Source of the DNA: Candidatus Omnitrophota bacterium
GTDB lineage: Bacteria > Omnitrophota > Gorgyraeia > Zapsychrales > JAHFFX01
DNA length: 64,000 nucleotides
Reading direction: 5' to 3'
Assembly (NCBI GenBank): GCA_023247725.1
Contig: JAHFFW010000004.1
Coordinates: 19,921 to 83,920, forward strand
Made by a program: the position numbers and the translations under genes. The notes below the pieces were generated by a model. It was not told where the DNA came from. It made no database searches and saw only the letters and a list, made by a program, of their open reading frames with translations. Below are positions 27,975-37,784 of this stretch, in pieces; position 1 is the stretch's first letter; every line of letters starts with the position of its first letter.

Positions 27975-29010
27975 AGCGAAGAAGCGCCCTTTCGCGCAGG
28001 CGGGTCCTATCAAGCTCCCCCGCCCGCCTGCCGGCGAGGCAGGGACCCTGCCGGCGGGGCTCCATGGCTCAGCAGCTTTTCTCAAAAGAATTTTCGGGTC
28101 TTCCGGTGCGCTTCTGGGTTTTACCTTGTTTTTGTTGTTCTTTGGGATCAATTATGAATTTTTGAGAATCGCCCGTCTAAATTATTTGTATGATCCGGAT
28201 AACATCTTGGGGAAATTTGCCCAGAATCAGATCTCATTAACGCCTGATCAATTCAAAGAGCGCTTGATGGAAAGCCGGGAGACGGTGCGATATCTTCCCT
28301 ACAAGGCTTTGGCTTACGGGAATCTCGGATTTTGCTATTTTTATGCCAAGGACGTCCCGCGGGCCATTCATGCTTATCGTCGGGCTATTGCCGAGGAACC
28401 GAATTGGTATCATTTATATTTCGACCTGGCGTTGATTTATTATGATCGCCGGGATTATATCCAGGCGGCAAAATTTCTCGAACAAAGTCTCTCGATCATC
28501 CCCAAGACCCGCGGGTTATTCCGCGAGGTCACGCTTTTTTTAAATCAGAATCAAAATCCTTTTTTTATCGAGATGGTGCAATATTTGAATCGCATCGATC
28601 AGGATGAACCCACCCTTTGGCTGATTCTGGGGGAAACTTATTATCATCAGAAACGAATACAGGAATTCCTCAAGATTTCCCAGGAGGGCTCCAGGCTTTT
28701 TCCGGGCCAGGCAAGATTCCGATTCCATCTGGCGATCGGTTATTTCCTTTTGGAAAAATGGGCGGATGCCAAGGTCTCCATTGATGCCGCCATTGCCCAG
28801 TACCCCGGGCAGTCGGAATTTTATTCCCTGCGCGGAATGATCCAGCAAAAATTGACCGGGGAAAATTCTATCGAAGATTTTCAGAAGGCCTTTATTCTTT
28901 CTGGCCAAGGAAAGCACAGCACGGCATTTTTTCCTACCCCACCCAGGTTGCATTATTTTCCGGCTGACTGGCTTTTTAAGGTTTACAGCCAGACCGGATT
29001 CATTAAGTAA
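27949..29010 (+). CDS. Membrane-anchored TPR protein
   Basis: GTG 27949 after AAGGA; one TM; TPR motifs AYGNLGFCYF, LYFDLALIYY, LILGETYY, FHLAIGYF. Confidence 0.8.
   Translation: MDATFDQHEAKKRPFAQAGPIKLPRPPAGEAGTLPAGLHGSAAFLKRIFGSSGALLGFTLFLLFFGINYEFLRIARLNYLYDPDNILGKFAQNQISLTPDQFKERLMESRETVRYLPYKALAYGNLGFCYFYAKDVPRAIHAYRRAIAEEPNWYHLYFDLALIYYDRRDYIQAAKFLEQSLSIIPKTRGLFREVTLFLNQNQNPFFIEMVQYLNRIDQDEPTLWLILGETYYHQKRIQEFLKISQEGSRLFPGQARFRFHLAIGYFLLEKWADAKVSIDAAIAQYPGQSEFYSLRGMIQQKLTGENSIEDFQKAFILSGQGKHSTAFFPTPPRLHYFPADWLFKVYSQTGFIK
27996..28065. repeat. GC-rich palindromic insert within the 5' part of the TPR gene
   Basis: GCAGGCGGG/CCCGCCTGC IR (27996-28004/28023-28031), CCTGCC-N5-GGCAGG hairpin, CCTGCCGGCG direct repeat (28027, 28047). 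Confidence 0.55.
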
Positions 29011-29068
29011 TAATCGACAAAATTTCTTCTTATGTTACTTTAGTGTTGTTTATTGAAGGGAAATTTTC

Positions 29069-29791
29069 ATGGATGAGTTGAGCGGAAAAACTGCCGTTGT
29101 GACCGGGGCTTCGAGCGGGATTGGCAAGGCTATTGCGCTTCGATTCGGCGCCTTGGGCATGAAGGTTATTTTGATCGCCCGGCGTAAAAATGAGCTAAAA
29201 AAAGTTCAACACGGGATCCAGGCACAGGGTGGCACGGCCTTTATCTATCCGCTTGATTTAACCCGGCCTGAGGCGATCGCAAAAGTATTTCGGCAAATCC
29301 ACCGAGAGAGAGGGCCTGTACAGGTCCTCGTCAACAACGCCGGGATCGGATCTTTTGGTAAACCGGTCGTTCATTGCAGCCTGCAAGAATATGAACAGAC
29401 CTTCGATGTGAATTTGCGCGCGGTTTTTTTGGTGACGAAGGCCGTTTTGCCGTCGATGCTCAAGGTCAAAGAAGGGACGATCATCAACATCGGCTCCACT
29501 TATGGAAAAAACGGAATTCCCCGTTCGGCATTTTATTGTGCCAGCAAATTTGCCTTGGAAGGTTTTTCGGAGGCCTTGTTGCATGAGGTTCGGGAATATA
29601 ACATCGGTGTTTGCCTGATTTCTCCCGAACGCGTACGGATTGAAGCCTTGGGCAAAGATAGGCCCATTAAGGGAAATCTGGATCACTATATCAGCGTCGA
29701 AGATGTCGCCCGGGCGGCCGTATTTTGTGCTCGCCACAGCACAACGGCCACCGTCAGGGAAGTGATCCTTTATACTCGCCGGCCGATTTAA
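29069..29791 (+). CDS. SDR
   Basis: TGASSGIG, LVNNAG, YCASK. Confidence 0.93.
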   Translation: MDELSGKTAVVTGASSGIGKAIALRFGALGMKVILIARRKNELKKVQHGIQAQGGTAFIYPLDLTRPEAIAKVFRQIHRERGPVQVLVNNAGIGSFGKPVVHCSLQEYEQTFDVNLRAVFLVTKAVLPSMLKVKEGTIINIGSTYGKNGIPRSAFYCASKFALEGFSEALLHEVREYNIGVCLISPERVRIEALGKDRPIKGNLDHYISVEDVARAAVFCARHSTTATVREVILYTRRPI

Positions 29792-29797
29792 GAACCT

Positions 29798-30790
29798 ATG
29801 AAGCGTAAAATCCTGGTCATCGGCAGCAATTCTTTTTCGGGAAGCGATTTTATTGATTTGCTTCTAGAAAATTCCGGCAACGATGTTATTGGAATGAGCC
29901 GCTCACCGGAGAAGAGTGAGGTGTTTTTGCCTTATCGGCGCCATGCCAAACCCCAGTTTCAATTTTTTCGGTTGGATCTGAACAAAGACATGTCCCGGAT
30001 TAAGGAACTGGTGGATTCGTTTAAACCGCATTATGTCGTTAATTTCGCGGCTCAAAGTGAAGTGGGGCCAAGCTGGAAGTCTCCGTGGGATTGGTTCCAA
30101 ACCAATACGGTCGCCTTATCCCGCCTCATCGATCACCTCAAAGAAAAAAGCTTCCTCAAAAAATATATTCATATTTCCAGTCCGGAAATCTACGGGAACT
30201 GCCAGGGACTCGTCAAAGAGGATTATCGTTTAAATCCCAGCACCCCGTATGCCGTCTCCAAGGCGGGGGCCGATCTGCTTCTTCTCGCATATTTTAGGAA
30301 TTACCGGTTTCCATTGGTCATTATTCGTTCCACCAATGTTTACGGAGCCCACCAGCAGTTATTCAAAATTTTTCCACGCGCCGTGATCCGGATCAAGTCC
30401 GGACAAAAATTGGAATTGCATGGTGGCGGCCAGGCCGTGAAATCCTATATTCATGTCCGCGATATTTCCCGGGGAGAGCTTTTGGCCTTAGAAAAGGGCC
30501 GCGTCGGAGAAACCTATCATCTTTCGCCAAAAGAGGGAATGTTGGTCCGTGATCTTGTTCGCAGGATCTGCCAGCGGATGGGTGCGAATTTTGAGAGAGC
30601 GACCGTCCCTGTTTCAGAACGTCTGGGGCAGGATCAGGCCTATGTCATTGACTCCACCAAAGCCCACACCGAGCTGGGGTGGAGCCCGCAGGTGTCTTTA
30701 GACCAAGGGATTGATCAAGTGATCGCATGGGTCAACCAGTTCTGGAAGCAGATCCAAAAACTGCCCTTGGAATATCATCACAAACCCTGA
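29798..30790 (+). CDS. NAD-dependent epimerase/dehydratase (dTDP-glucose 4,6-dehydratase-like)
   Basis: GSNSFSG, NFAAQSEV, SSPEIYG, YAVSK, NVYG, YIHVRD. Confidence 0.88.
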   Translation: MKRKILVIGSNSFSGSDFIDLLLENSGNDVIGMSRSPEKSEVFLPYRRHAKPQFQFFRLDLNKDMSRIKELVDSFKPHYVVNFAAQSEVGPSWKSPWDWFQTNTVALSRLIDHLKEKSFLKKYIHISSPEIYGNCQGLVKEDYRLNPSTPYAVSKAGADLLLLAYFRNYRFPLVIIRSTNVYGAHQQLFKIFPRAVIRIKSGQKLELHGGGQAVKSYIHVRDISRGELLALEKGRVGETYHLSPKEGMLVRDLVRRICQRMGANFERATVPVSERLGQDQAYVIDSTKAHTELGWSPQVSLDQGIDQVIAWVNQFWKQIQKLPLEYHHKP

Positions 30791-30803
30791 CATCGTTTTT
30801 TTA

Positions 30804-31526
30804 ATGCCAACCCAAGATTTTTCCGTTTCCATCATTGTCCCCGCCTATAATGAGGAAGACAATATCGCTCAGGCCTTGCAGAATGTTCACAAAGCGATCC
30901 AGGGCCTGACGGATGATTATGAAATTTTGGTTTTTAGTGACGGTAGCCAAGATCGCACCGGCCGTATTGTTCAAGACCAGGCCAGGCTCCATCCTGGAAT
31001 CAAACTCATTGAATTCGAAGAAAATCAGGGATACGGGTATGTTTTTAAAGAAGGAATCCGTTTGGCCAGCAAAAAGTATTTTTTGATTTTCCATGGTGAC
31101 AACGACATGGCCTGGCAGTCGACCCGTGACCTTATTCTTAATGCCGGTCAGAGCGATCTGATTAGCTCTTATTTGACGGACATGAAAATCCGGTCTTTAT
31201 TCCGACGGATTATTTCCCAGACGTTTGTGATGGCGATGAATTGTCTTTTTGGGATGCAGCTGCGTTATTTCAATGGTCCCTTTATTTGTCGTTGTGAGCT
31301 ATTAAGTTCCCTGCCGCTGCGAAGTCCGGGTTTGACGGTCGTTGCCGAAACCAAGATTCGTTTGATCAAAAAAGGCCATAGCTACAAAGAGATTCCCTTC
31401 CAACATATCGGACGACGGGGCGGAAAATCAACGGCCCTGCGTTTTAAAAATGTGGTGACGGTGATATCGGTCGTCGCCGTTCTCTGGAAAGAGATTTATC
31501 TCACAAAGGATTCAGAGAAAAAATAA
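30804..31526 (+). CDS. GT2 glycosyltransferase (paralog of 24035-24790)
   Basis: VPAYNEE, SDGSQD, NQGYG, GDND. Confidence 0.9.
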   Translation: MPTQDFSVSIIVPAYNEEDNIAQALQNVHKAIQGLTDDYEILVFSDGSQDRTGRIVQDQARLHPGIKLIEFEENQGYGYVFKEGIRLASKKYFLIFHGDNDMAWQSTRDLILNAGQSDLISSYLTDMKIRSLFRRIISQTFVMAMNCLFGMQLRYFNGPFICRCELLSSLPLRSPGLTVVAETKIRLIKKGHSYKEIPFQHIGRRGGKSTALRFKNVVTVISVVAVLWKEIYLTKDSEKK

Positions 31527-33652
31527 TGCCAAAGAAATTACCAGAGTTATTGTCCGCACTGGAAGGAAAAAATATTTTAAGCCTTTCCGGCCTGGCGGTT
31601 CTTTGGGGAATCCAGCTCCTGGCCTTTTTGAGCTGGGGGCTCAGCCTTTTCCCCGTTGATCAAAAGAGAGTTTGGGCCGATTTTTTTACCGTCGTTCACC
31701 CCGAGGTTCAGCCAGAGCGAGAAATCCTGTTATTCCGTTTCTTTGTTTTGGGAACAGTGGCTATTTTTGCCTTCTTGTTATTTCGTCGATTGAAAAACTT
31801 TCCGGAGAGCCTCCCGAGCCTGACCATGCGGTTAATGGCAGAAGGCTTGATAACGATTAGCCTGGTGAGCTCGGGGCTGGGATGGATTCTCGCTCCCGAG
31901 GCCAATGAACCTAAGGTGATGTTCTATCTGATGGCAGCTTTGGCGATGGCCGCCAAATTTCTTCCACACGCGAGTGAAAGTGTTATCCGGCAGATTGAAT
32001 TGGCGGGGGCTCGGTTCAAGGACGCGTTTAAGCGCTGGTACGGCGGCGATGTCCTATTTTTGCTTTGGATCTTTGCTGCCATTGCGATCGTCGATGTTGA
32101 ATCGGTGCTTGCCCTCAGCTATGTGCAGGACAAATTTCATCATTGGGACGGCTTTGTCATGGCGCCAGGCTGGGCTTATTTATCGGGATTGGTTCTCAAC
32201 CACGATTGTATCACCCAGTATGGGATTTTTTGTGTGGCGGTCCTCAGCCGAATGGCACAATGGCTCGGCGGGTTCAGTTATCAGCATGTCCTTGCCGTTA
32301 TCGCTGCCTCGACCATCATTTATTACATGGTCAGTTACTTATTCTTAAGATCTTGGTTAAAAGATTCGCTGTTAGCGGCCAGTGGCATTGTCTTAGGGTT
32401 GACTTGGCAGATGTTCCATTCCGGACTCGAAAGTGTGATTTGGCGTTTTCCTTCGGCAACCGTTATTCGCTATTTTTTTGATGTATTTATTTTTGTCCTT
32501 ATCCTGGCTCATATTCGTCGAGGAAAATTCATCTTTCTTTACTTCGCCGCCATCCTTGCCGGGGTATCGTTGGCCCATGTGACCGATACCGGAATATATG
32601 TGACGTTGACCTTATGGGCTTATTTGATTTTAGAAACGGTGCGGGAACTAAGCGGGAAGAATTTTTTTAAGTCCAGCTTGTACCGGATGATCGCCTGTGC
32701 CATCTTGCCTTTGATGGTGGCCGCCGCGATCCTTGGGTGGATGGAAGGCCCCTGGTTTTTCTCGGCGGAGTTTTGGAACAATTCAATTGAGAATATCCGA
32801 CTGTTCTTGCGTGGTTTTGGCAATTTGCCGATCTACACCAATTTGAAAGAAGGTTTTCCGGGACTTTTTCTCCTGGGATTGGCGATTCCCTTAATTTATG
32901 TTCTGAATCTCATGGTCATCGGTTCTTTATATATTTCTGGAAAACTCGGGAAAGAGCATGTGCTGGCGATCTTGCTGAGCATTTATGGGCTGGGCTTGTA
33001 TCATTACTATGTTTGCCGGTCTGCGATCATGAGTTATCTGGTCGTGAGTCTGCCTTTGGTCTTCATCCTGTGTTACTGGATGCAAGCCCTCTTGGAAAAT
33101 CTGGACCGCTTTCCCAGAAGAATCATGACAAGCGTTGTCTTGTTTCTTCTGTTAGTTCAGTTATTCTCTAATCCCATCTTTCAAAAGTATCCCAATATCT
33201 TTCATTCTAAAGCGCAGCTGTGGGCTGAGGAAAAGGCCCAGTTTGAAAAGGAATTTCATTTCCAATCGGACGAGGCCCTCATCAGAGAAATGACGAGGCC
33301 CGAAGAGCGCGTGGCTTTGATCAGCAGTTTTGAAACCCAGATCTTGATTGAGGCCCAGCGTCGCCCATATTTTTATTATTTTCCTCTCATCAATTCTGAA
33401 CGCATGGAGGTCAATAGTTTTCAGGGAACTTACCTTTGGGAAAAGAGCCGCTTGGATAAGACCTTAATGCAATTGCAGCAGCATTCTCCCCAATATATTT
33501 TTGTCGAAAAAAAACTTTTCGAAGGAAAACTTCCCCGGCCCTATTATGCTTATCATGAGACGCTGACGATCCTCATGCAATTTTTGTATGAGCATTACGA
33601 ACCAGTCAAGTCAGGGAAATACCTATTGGCACTCAAACGCAAACCCCTCTGA
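31526..33652 (+). CDS. Multipass membrane protein, putative GT-C glycosyltransferase
   Basis: >12 hydrophobic segments, D...QYG motif in the first external loop, soluble C-terminal domain; coupled to the GT2 gene (TAATG). Confidence 0.55.
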   Translation: MPKKLPELLSALEGKNILSLSGLAVLWGIQLLAFLSWGLSLFPVDQKRVWADFFTVVHPEVQPEREILLFRFFVLGTVAIFAFLLFRRLKNFPESLPSLTMRLMAEGLITISLVSSGLGWILAPEANEPKVMFYLMAALAMAAKFLPHASESVIRQIELAGARFKDAFKRWYGGDVLFLLWIFAAIAIVDVESVLALSYVQDKFHHWDGFVMAPGWAYLSGLVLNHDCITQYGIFCVAVLSRMAQWLGGFSYQHVLAVIAASTIIYYMVSYLFLRSWLKDSLLAASGIVLGLTWQMFHSGLESVIWRFPSATVIRYFFDVFIFVLILAHIRRGKFIFLYFAAILAGVSLAHVTDTGIYVTLTLWAYLILETVRELSGKNFFKSSLYRMIACAILPLMVAAAILGWMEGPWFFSAEFWNNSIENIRLFLRGFGNLPIYTNLKEGFPGLFLLGLAIPLIYVLNLMVIGSLYISGKLGKEHVLAILLSIYGLGLYHYYVCRSAIMSYLVVSLPLVFILCYWMQALLENLDRFPRRIMTSVVLFLLLVQLFSNPIFQKYPNIFHSKAQLWAEEKAQFEKEFHFQSDEALIREMTRPEERVALISSFETQILIEAQRRPYFYYFPLINSERMEVNSFQGTYLWEKSRLDKTLMQLQQHSPQYIFVEKKLFEGKLPRPYYAYHETLTILMQFLYEHYEPVKSGKYLLALKRKPL

Positions 33653-33674
33653 ATGGATTTCCAAAATCCTAACG

Positions 33675-34388
33675 ATGGAAAAATATCTGGTCGGGATCTG
33701 TGCCTTTAATGAAGGAGCTAAAATTAAGAGGGTCATGACAAAGTTCGCTGATTATGGCCTTTACGAGGTGTTAGTCATTGATGATGGTTCGACGGATGGA
33801 TCTCTGAGTGTAGTTTTATCTCATGAGGCGGTCACGCTGATTCGTAATGAACAGAATCGCGGCGCCGGCTATGGGACAAGACAGATCGTGAATTATGCGA
33901 GACAGAATCATTATACAGCCGTCATTTTTGTCTCTGGAAATGATAAAGACTCTCCCGCTGATGTCGCTAAACTTAAAGACGCGATTGAGGCCGGATACGA
34001 TTTTGTGCAAGGCTCCCGATATTTACCGGGCGGCGGTCATGGAGGAATGCCATTGTATCGAATGCTCACAACTCAATATATCCATCCCTGGCTATTTTCT
34101 CTAATCACCGGAAAAAGGATTACGGATAGCACCAATGGATTTCGGGCGGTTCGGGTAAACATGTTCAATGATCGAAGAATCAACCTGAATCAGCCCTGGC
34201 TTGATCATTATGAACTCGAACCTTATTTGTTTTATAAGGCGATTACCTGCGGTTATAAAGTCAAAGAAGTGCCGGTTACAAAGATTTATCCGAAAAAAGC
34301 AGAGGGTTACACTAAGATGCGCCCATTCATCGACTGGTGGAGTATTTTAAGACCGCTGGTGTATTTAGGATTAAGGATCAAAAAATAA
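33675..34388 (+). CDS. GT2 glycosyltransferase (polyprenol-phosphate)
   Basis: AFNEG, IDDGSTD, VQGSRY, TDSTNGFRA, EVPV; DxD appears as GND. Confidence 0.9.
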   Translation: MEKYLVGICAFNEGAKIKRVMTKFADYGLYEVLVIDDGSTDGSLSVVLSHEAVTLIRNEQNRGAGYGTRQIVNYARQNHYTAVIFVSGNDKDSPADVAKLKDAIEAGYDFVQGSRYLPGGGHGGMPLYRMLTTQYIHPWLFSLITGKRITDSTNGFRAVRVNMFNDRRINLNQPWLDHYELEPYLFYKAITCGYKVKEVPVTKIYPKKAEGYTKMRPFIDWWSILRPLVYLGLRIKK

Positions 34389-35989
34389 TGGACTTTAAAA
34401 ATCGGTTGCCATGGCTTCATATCCTGGCGGGCCTGGCCGGGTTCATCATTGTCTTAGGAATCATTTTGCGCTTTTTTCGCATCACCGACGCGGATTTTAC
34501 TTTCTATGACGAAGGGCTTTACCTTAATCTCAGCCGACCGTTTTCGGATTTTGTGGCCAAGCACTTGCCCCTTAAAGGAGCGGATTTCTGGCAAGCGGTA
34601 TACACCTTACTGTTGATTTCTTTACCCCAAGGCAAGGCGCTGTGGCTTTTTCTTGTGGATTCGAGGGTATTTTGGGGGTTGTGGGAAGGGTGGTCGGTTC
34701 CTCGTGTCATTGCGGCGGTGTCAGGCACTTTAACCCTTGGTCTGGAATTTATTTTTGTCCAACGGTTTTTTCAGAATCGGCTCATCGCTTTTTTAAGTGT
34801 GGTTCTCTTGAGTATTTTACCCAGCCATGTGTTTTATTCCCGCCTGGCCTTGCAGGAAACTTTGAGTACACTTTTTTTCCTCGCCGGTTTCTATTTTTAT
34901 TTGTTTCCGGCAAAATTGAATTCAAGGACGTTCTTATCGGCGGTCTTTTTCATCGGCGCCTATTTTACCAATTACCGCCTCATCATTATTCCTTTACTGG
35001 TTCTTTGGGCCGAAATCTGGATGTCATTATCCCTAGGCCAGAGACCCAATGTTCGTAAATATATCTGGCATGTACTGACTTTCCTCAGCCTGATGTTCAG
35101 TATTGGCGCCATTGATGAAGGGCAGAATACCGTCGTCACCTTTTCTTGGATGTTCCATCAGGCGCAGCTGGGCCAACACCAATTCGACTGGCTTAACTTT
35201 TTTTCCTTTCCCTATTATTTGTTTCGCTTGGAGCATCCATTCTTTGGATTGTTATTTTTCAGCGGGGCATATTTACTCTCTCGAAGGAGTTTCTATGATC
35301 TTTTGCCTTTGGGGTTAGTGCTTTTGCAGATGGCCATCTTTTCTTTCGCGGCGGATAAGGCCGCTCGCTATGTGTGTGTCGTGACTCCTTTTTTGGCGGC
35401 GTCCGTGGCGGTGACAATTGCCCGGTTATGGGACGATATCAAAAATCCCCGTCGGCAAGTTGTCCTGGGGATTCTGGTCTTCTTTCTTGTTGCGGGCATG
35501 ACACTCAAATCCGTGAGATTGGCTACGGCAGTTTCTGACTATCGCCCGTCGATGCAATACTTGGTCGGTCTTGATCCTGCGGTTAAAGTCATTTCCACAC
35601 AGCCTTTCGTCCAAAACCTATATGTTGAACCCAGAGAGCGCGTTCAAGAGTGTCCACTGGAATTCATCGGTCTGGTTGCCTTATACATGCAAGGATACCG
35701 ATACTTAGTTTTAGATCCCCAAGCCTATATCACTTATACCGCTGACCGAAATAAATTCACGCCCGTTCTTAAGGATTACCTTGGATTCATTTTAACCAAC
35801 GCCAAACCTGTTAAGGAATTCCCACATTTTAACCAGGATTTATTGGAGAGATTTGTTTTCGAACACAATGAAAATTTGCAGCGTTCGCTGGCTTTTTTGC
35901 GGATGAATGATGCCGGGATGGGGAGACTACGGATTTATGACATCAACGCGTGCTTGCTCGCCATTCAGCAACGTTTAGGATCGCGATGA
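34388..35989 (+). CDS. GT-C (PMT/ArnT-like) glycosyltransferase
   Basis: LRF...FYDEGLY N-terminal motif, RVIAAVSG, P.HVFYSRLAL.E, ARY motif; TAATG coupling. Confidence 0.8.
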   Translation: MDFKNRLPWLHILAGLAGFIIVLGIILRFFRITDADFTFYDEGLYLNLSRPFSDFVAKHLPLKGADFWQAVYTLLLISLPQGKALWLFLVDSRVFWGLWEGWSVPRVIAAVSGTLTLGLEFIFVQRFFQNRLIAFLSVVLLSILPSHVFYSRLALQETLSTLFFLAGFYFYLFPAKLNSRTFLSAVFFIGAYFTNYRLIIIPLLVLWAEIWMSLSLGQRPNVRKYIWHVLTFLSLMFSIGAIDEGQNTVVTFSWMFHQAQLGQHQFDWLNFFSFPYYLFRLEHPFFGLLFFSGAYLLSRRSFYDLLPLGLVLLQMAIFSFAADKAARYVCVVTPFLAASVAVTIARLWDDIKNPRRQVVLGILVFFLVAGMTLKSVRLATAVSDYRPSMQYLVGLDPAVKVISTQPFVQNLYVEPRERVQECPLEFIGLVALYMQGYRYLVLDPQAYITYTADRNKFTPVLKDYLGFILTNAKPVKEFPHFNQDLLERFVFEHNENLQRSLAFLRMNDAGMGRLRIYDINACLLAIQQRLGSR

Positions 35990-37014
35990 CGGTGAAGACC
36001 TTACCTTTAAAGGACGCCTTGGCGAAACTAGCCTTGCCGGCTACCGACCGCAATCTTTTTTCTTCCCCCGAATGGATGAAGGTCATTGTATGCACTTATG
36101 GAACCAGAATTTTTGTCAAATACATCGAACGTGATGCAAAAGTTTCTAGTTATGTTTTTTATACGGTGGTAAAAAATTTTTTGGAATGGAAGATTTGCCT
36201 TTGTTCTTATTGCGATTATTGCGATGGATATGTCAACTGTGCCCAAGACTGGGAGGATTTTTTCCAAGATTTCCGGAGGGAGTACCCTTCCTACCGCATT
36301 GCCGTGCGCAATCTGCGTGACGATCTTGTGCGCGCCAACCCTCACTTTCAACTTCTAAGCCAGGAGTGGTTTCATTTGCTGAATCTTCAGGATAGTCTCG
36401 AAGCCATTTGGAACCGTACGCATGAATCATTTCGGTCCGCCGTTAAGCAAGGCAAAAAGAAAGAGATTTCTGTCCGTGTGTGTGAGAAAAAATATTTGGC
36501 GGATTTTTATCGGCTTCATTTGCGTTTGCGGAAAAATAAATATCGGGTATTTCCGCAGCCTTTGGCTTTTTTTGAGAATATTTGGAATGAGTATATGGAA
36601 AGGAAGAAAGGATTCATGCTGGGGGCTTTCTTTAGGGAACAGTTGGTCGCGGCCAATATCTATTTGGAGTGCGGGAATACGTTATACTATAAATTCAATA
36701 CCTCCGATTTATCGGCGACGCATCTACGGCCTAACAATGTGCTTTTTTGGGAAGGCATTGAGCTCGCTAAAAAGCGGGGACTCGAATATTTGGACTTAGG
36801 CTCGAGTGGTCTGGAACAAAAGGGCCTGATTTTATTTAAGGAACACGCTGGGGTAAAAGGGCAATATATCTTTCACTTGGGATTTGCCCCGCCGGGATTC
36901 AAATTCAGCAAAAAAAGAATCCTCAAGGCATTCACGACAATCTGCACCCGGCCCTGGATGCCCGAAGCCGCCGTCCGCTGGGGAAGCCAGATTATTTATC
37001 CATACTTAGCTTGA
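35986..37014 (+). CDS. FemAB-like/BcsL-like GNAT family protein
   Basis: LFSSPEW, FRSAVKQGKK, RPNNVLFWEGIELA, LDLG.S...GLILFK; ATGA coupling. Confidence 0.82.
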   Translation: MTVKTLPLKDALAKLALPATDRNLFSSPEWMKVIVCTYGTRIFVKYIERDAKVSSYVFYTVVKNFLEWKICLCSYCDYCDGYVNCAQDWEDFFQDFRREYPSYRIAVRNLRDDLVRANPHFQLLSQEWFHLLNLQDSLEAIWNRTHESFRSAVKQGKKKEISVRVCEKKYLADFYRLHLRLRKNKYRVFPQPLAFFENIWNEYMERKKGFMLGAFFREQLVAANIYLECGNTLYYKFNTSDLSATHLRPNNVLFWEGIELAKKRGLEYLDLGSSGLEQKGLILFKEHAGVKGQYIFHLGFAPPGFKFSKKRILKAFTTICTRPWMPEAAVRWGSQIIYPYLA

Positions 37015-37784
37015 AAGAAGGAATGACCAAATCTCAAAGAACCAAAATGGAATTAAAAGAAATTTTCAATCATTGGGCAAAAAGCGTTCATCCGGATTAT
37101 GCCCATCAGCAGTGGCTTTTGAGCAAATGGGAAGTATTTGAGGGAATTGAATGGTCTGCGGCAAAGATTGATTTGATGGTCAAAACAATTGCCCAAGGAT
37201 TGAGTTTAAAAATTTCGGATTGTCTGATCGATTTGGGATGCGGGGCTGGCTGGATTTTACAGGCCCTTTTGTCGCGCTGTGCAAAGGGAGTCGGCTTGGA
37301 TATTTCCTGGGAAATGCTCAAAATGGCGACTCGCAAAGCCCGCGTGAATTATCTTTGCGGCGAGATCGGCCAATTGCCTTTGCGATCTGAAAGTTTCGAT
37401 TGTGCCTTGGTTTACTATGTATTTTTGAATTTTCGGGACTATCGTTATGTCGAACAATCGCTCTTGGAGATCTTTCGCATTCTAAAACCTGGTGGTCGGG
37501 CCTTAATTGGACAACTGCCTGACCAAAATTGTTCGGCTGATTACGAGCTGGCAAAGGCCGACCATTTGCAATTTTGTCAACGGCATTATCTGCTGGGAAA
37601 GAATAATCGGGACCTTTATTTACCCCCGTTGCGATTGTTCGACCGGAATCGCTTAAAAGATTTTTTGGGAAAATACAACATGGACCATCGATTTCTGCCC
37701 TCCTTTAATCCTTTCTTCCGAGAAGGAAAGCCTGAAGTGATCGATTGGCGATTCGACCTGATTCTGGAAAAAAATCTAAAATGA
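37011..37784 (+). CDS. Class I SAM methyltransferase
   Basis: IDLGCGAG, GLDIS.EML, LPLRSESFD, RILKPGG. Confidence 0.9.
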   Translation: MKEGMTKSQRTKMELKEIFNHWAKSVHPDYAHQQWLLSKWEVFEGIEWSAAKIDLMVKTIAQGLSLKISDCLIDLGCGAGWILQALLSRCAKGVGLDISWEMLKMATRKARVNYLCGEIGQLPLRSESFDCALVYYVFLNFRDYRYVEQSLLEIFRILKPGGRALIGQLPDQNCSADYELAKADHLQFCQRHYLLGKNNRDLYLPPLRLFDRNRLKDFLGKYNMDHRFLPSFNPFFREGKPEVIDWRFDLILEKNLK

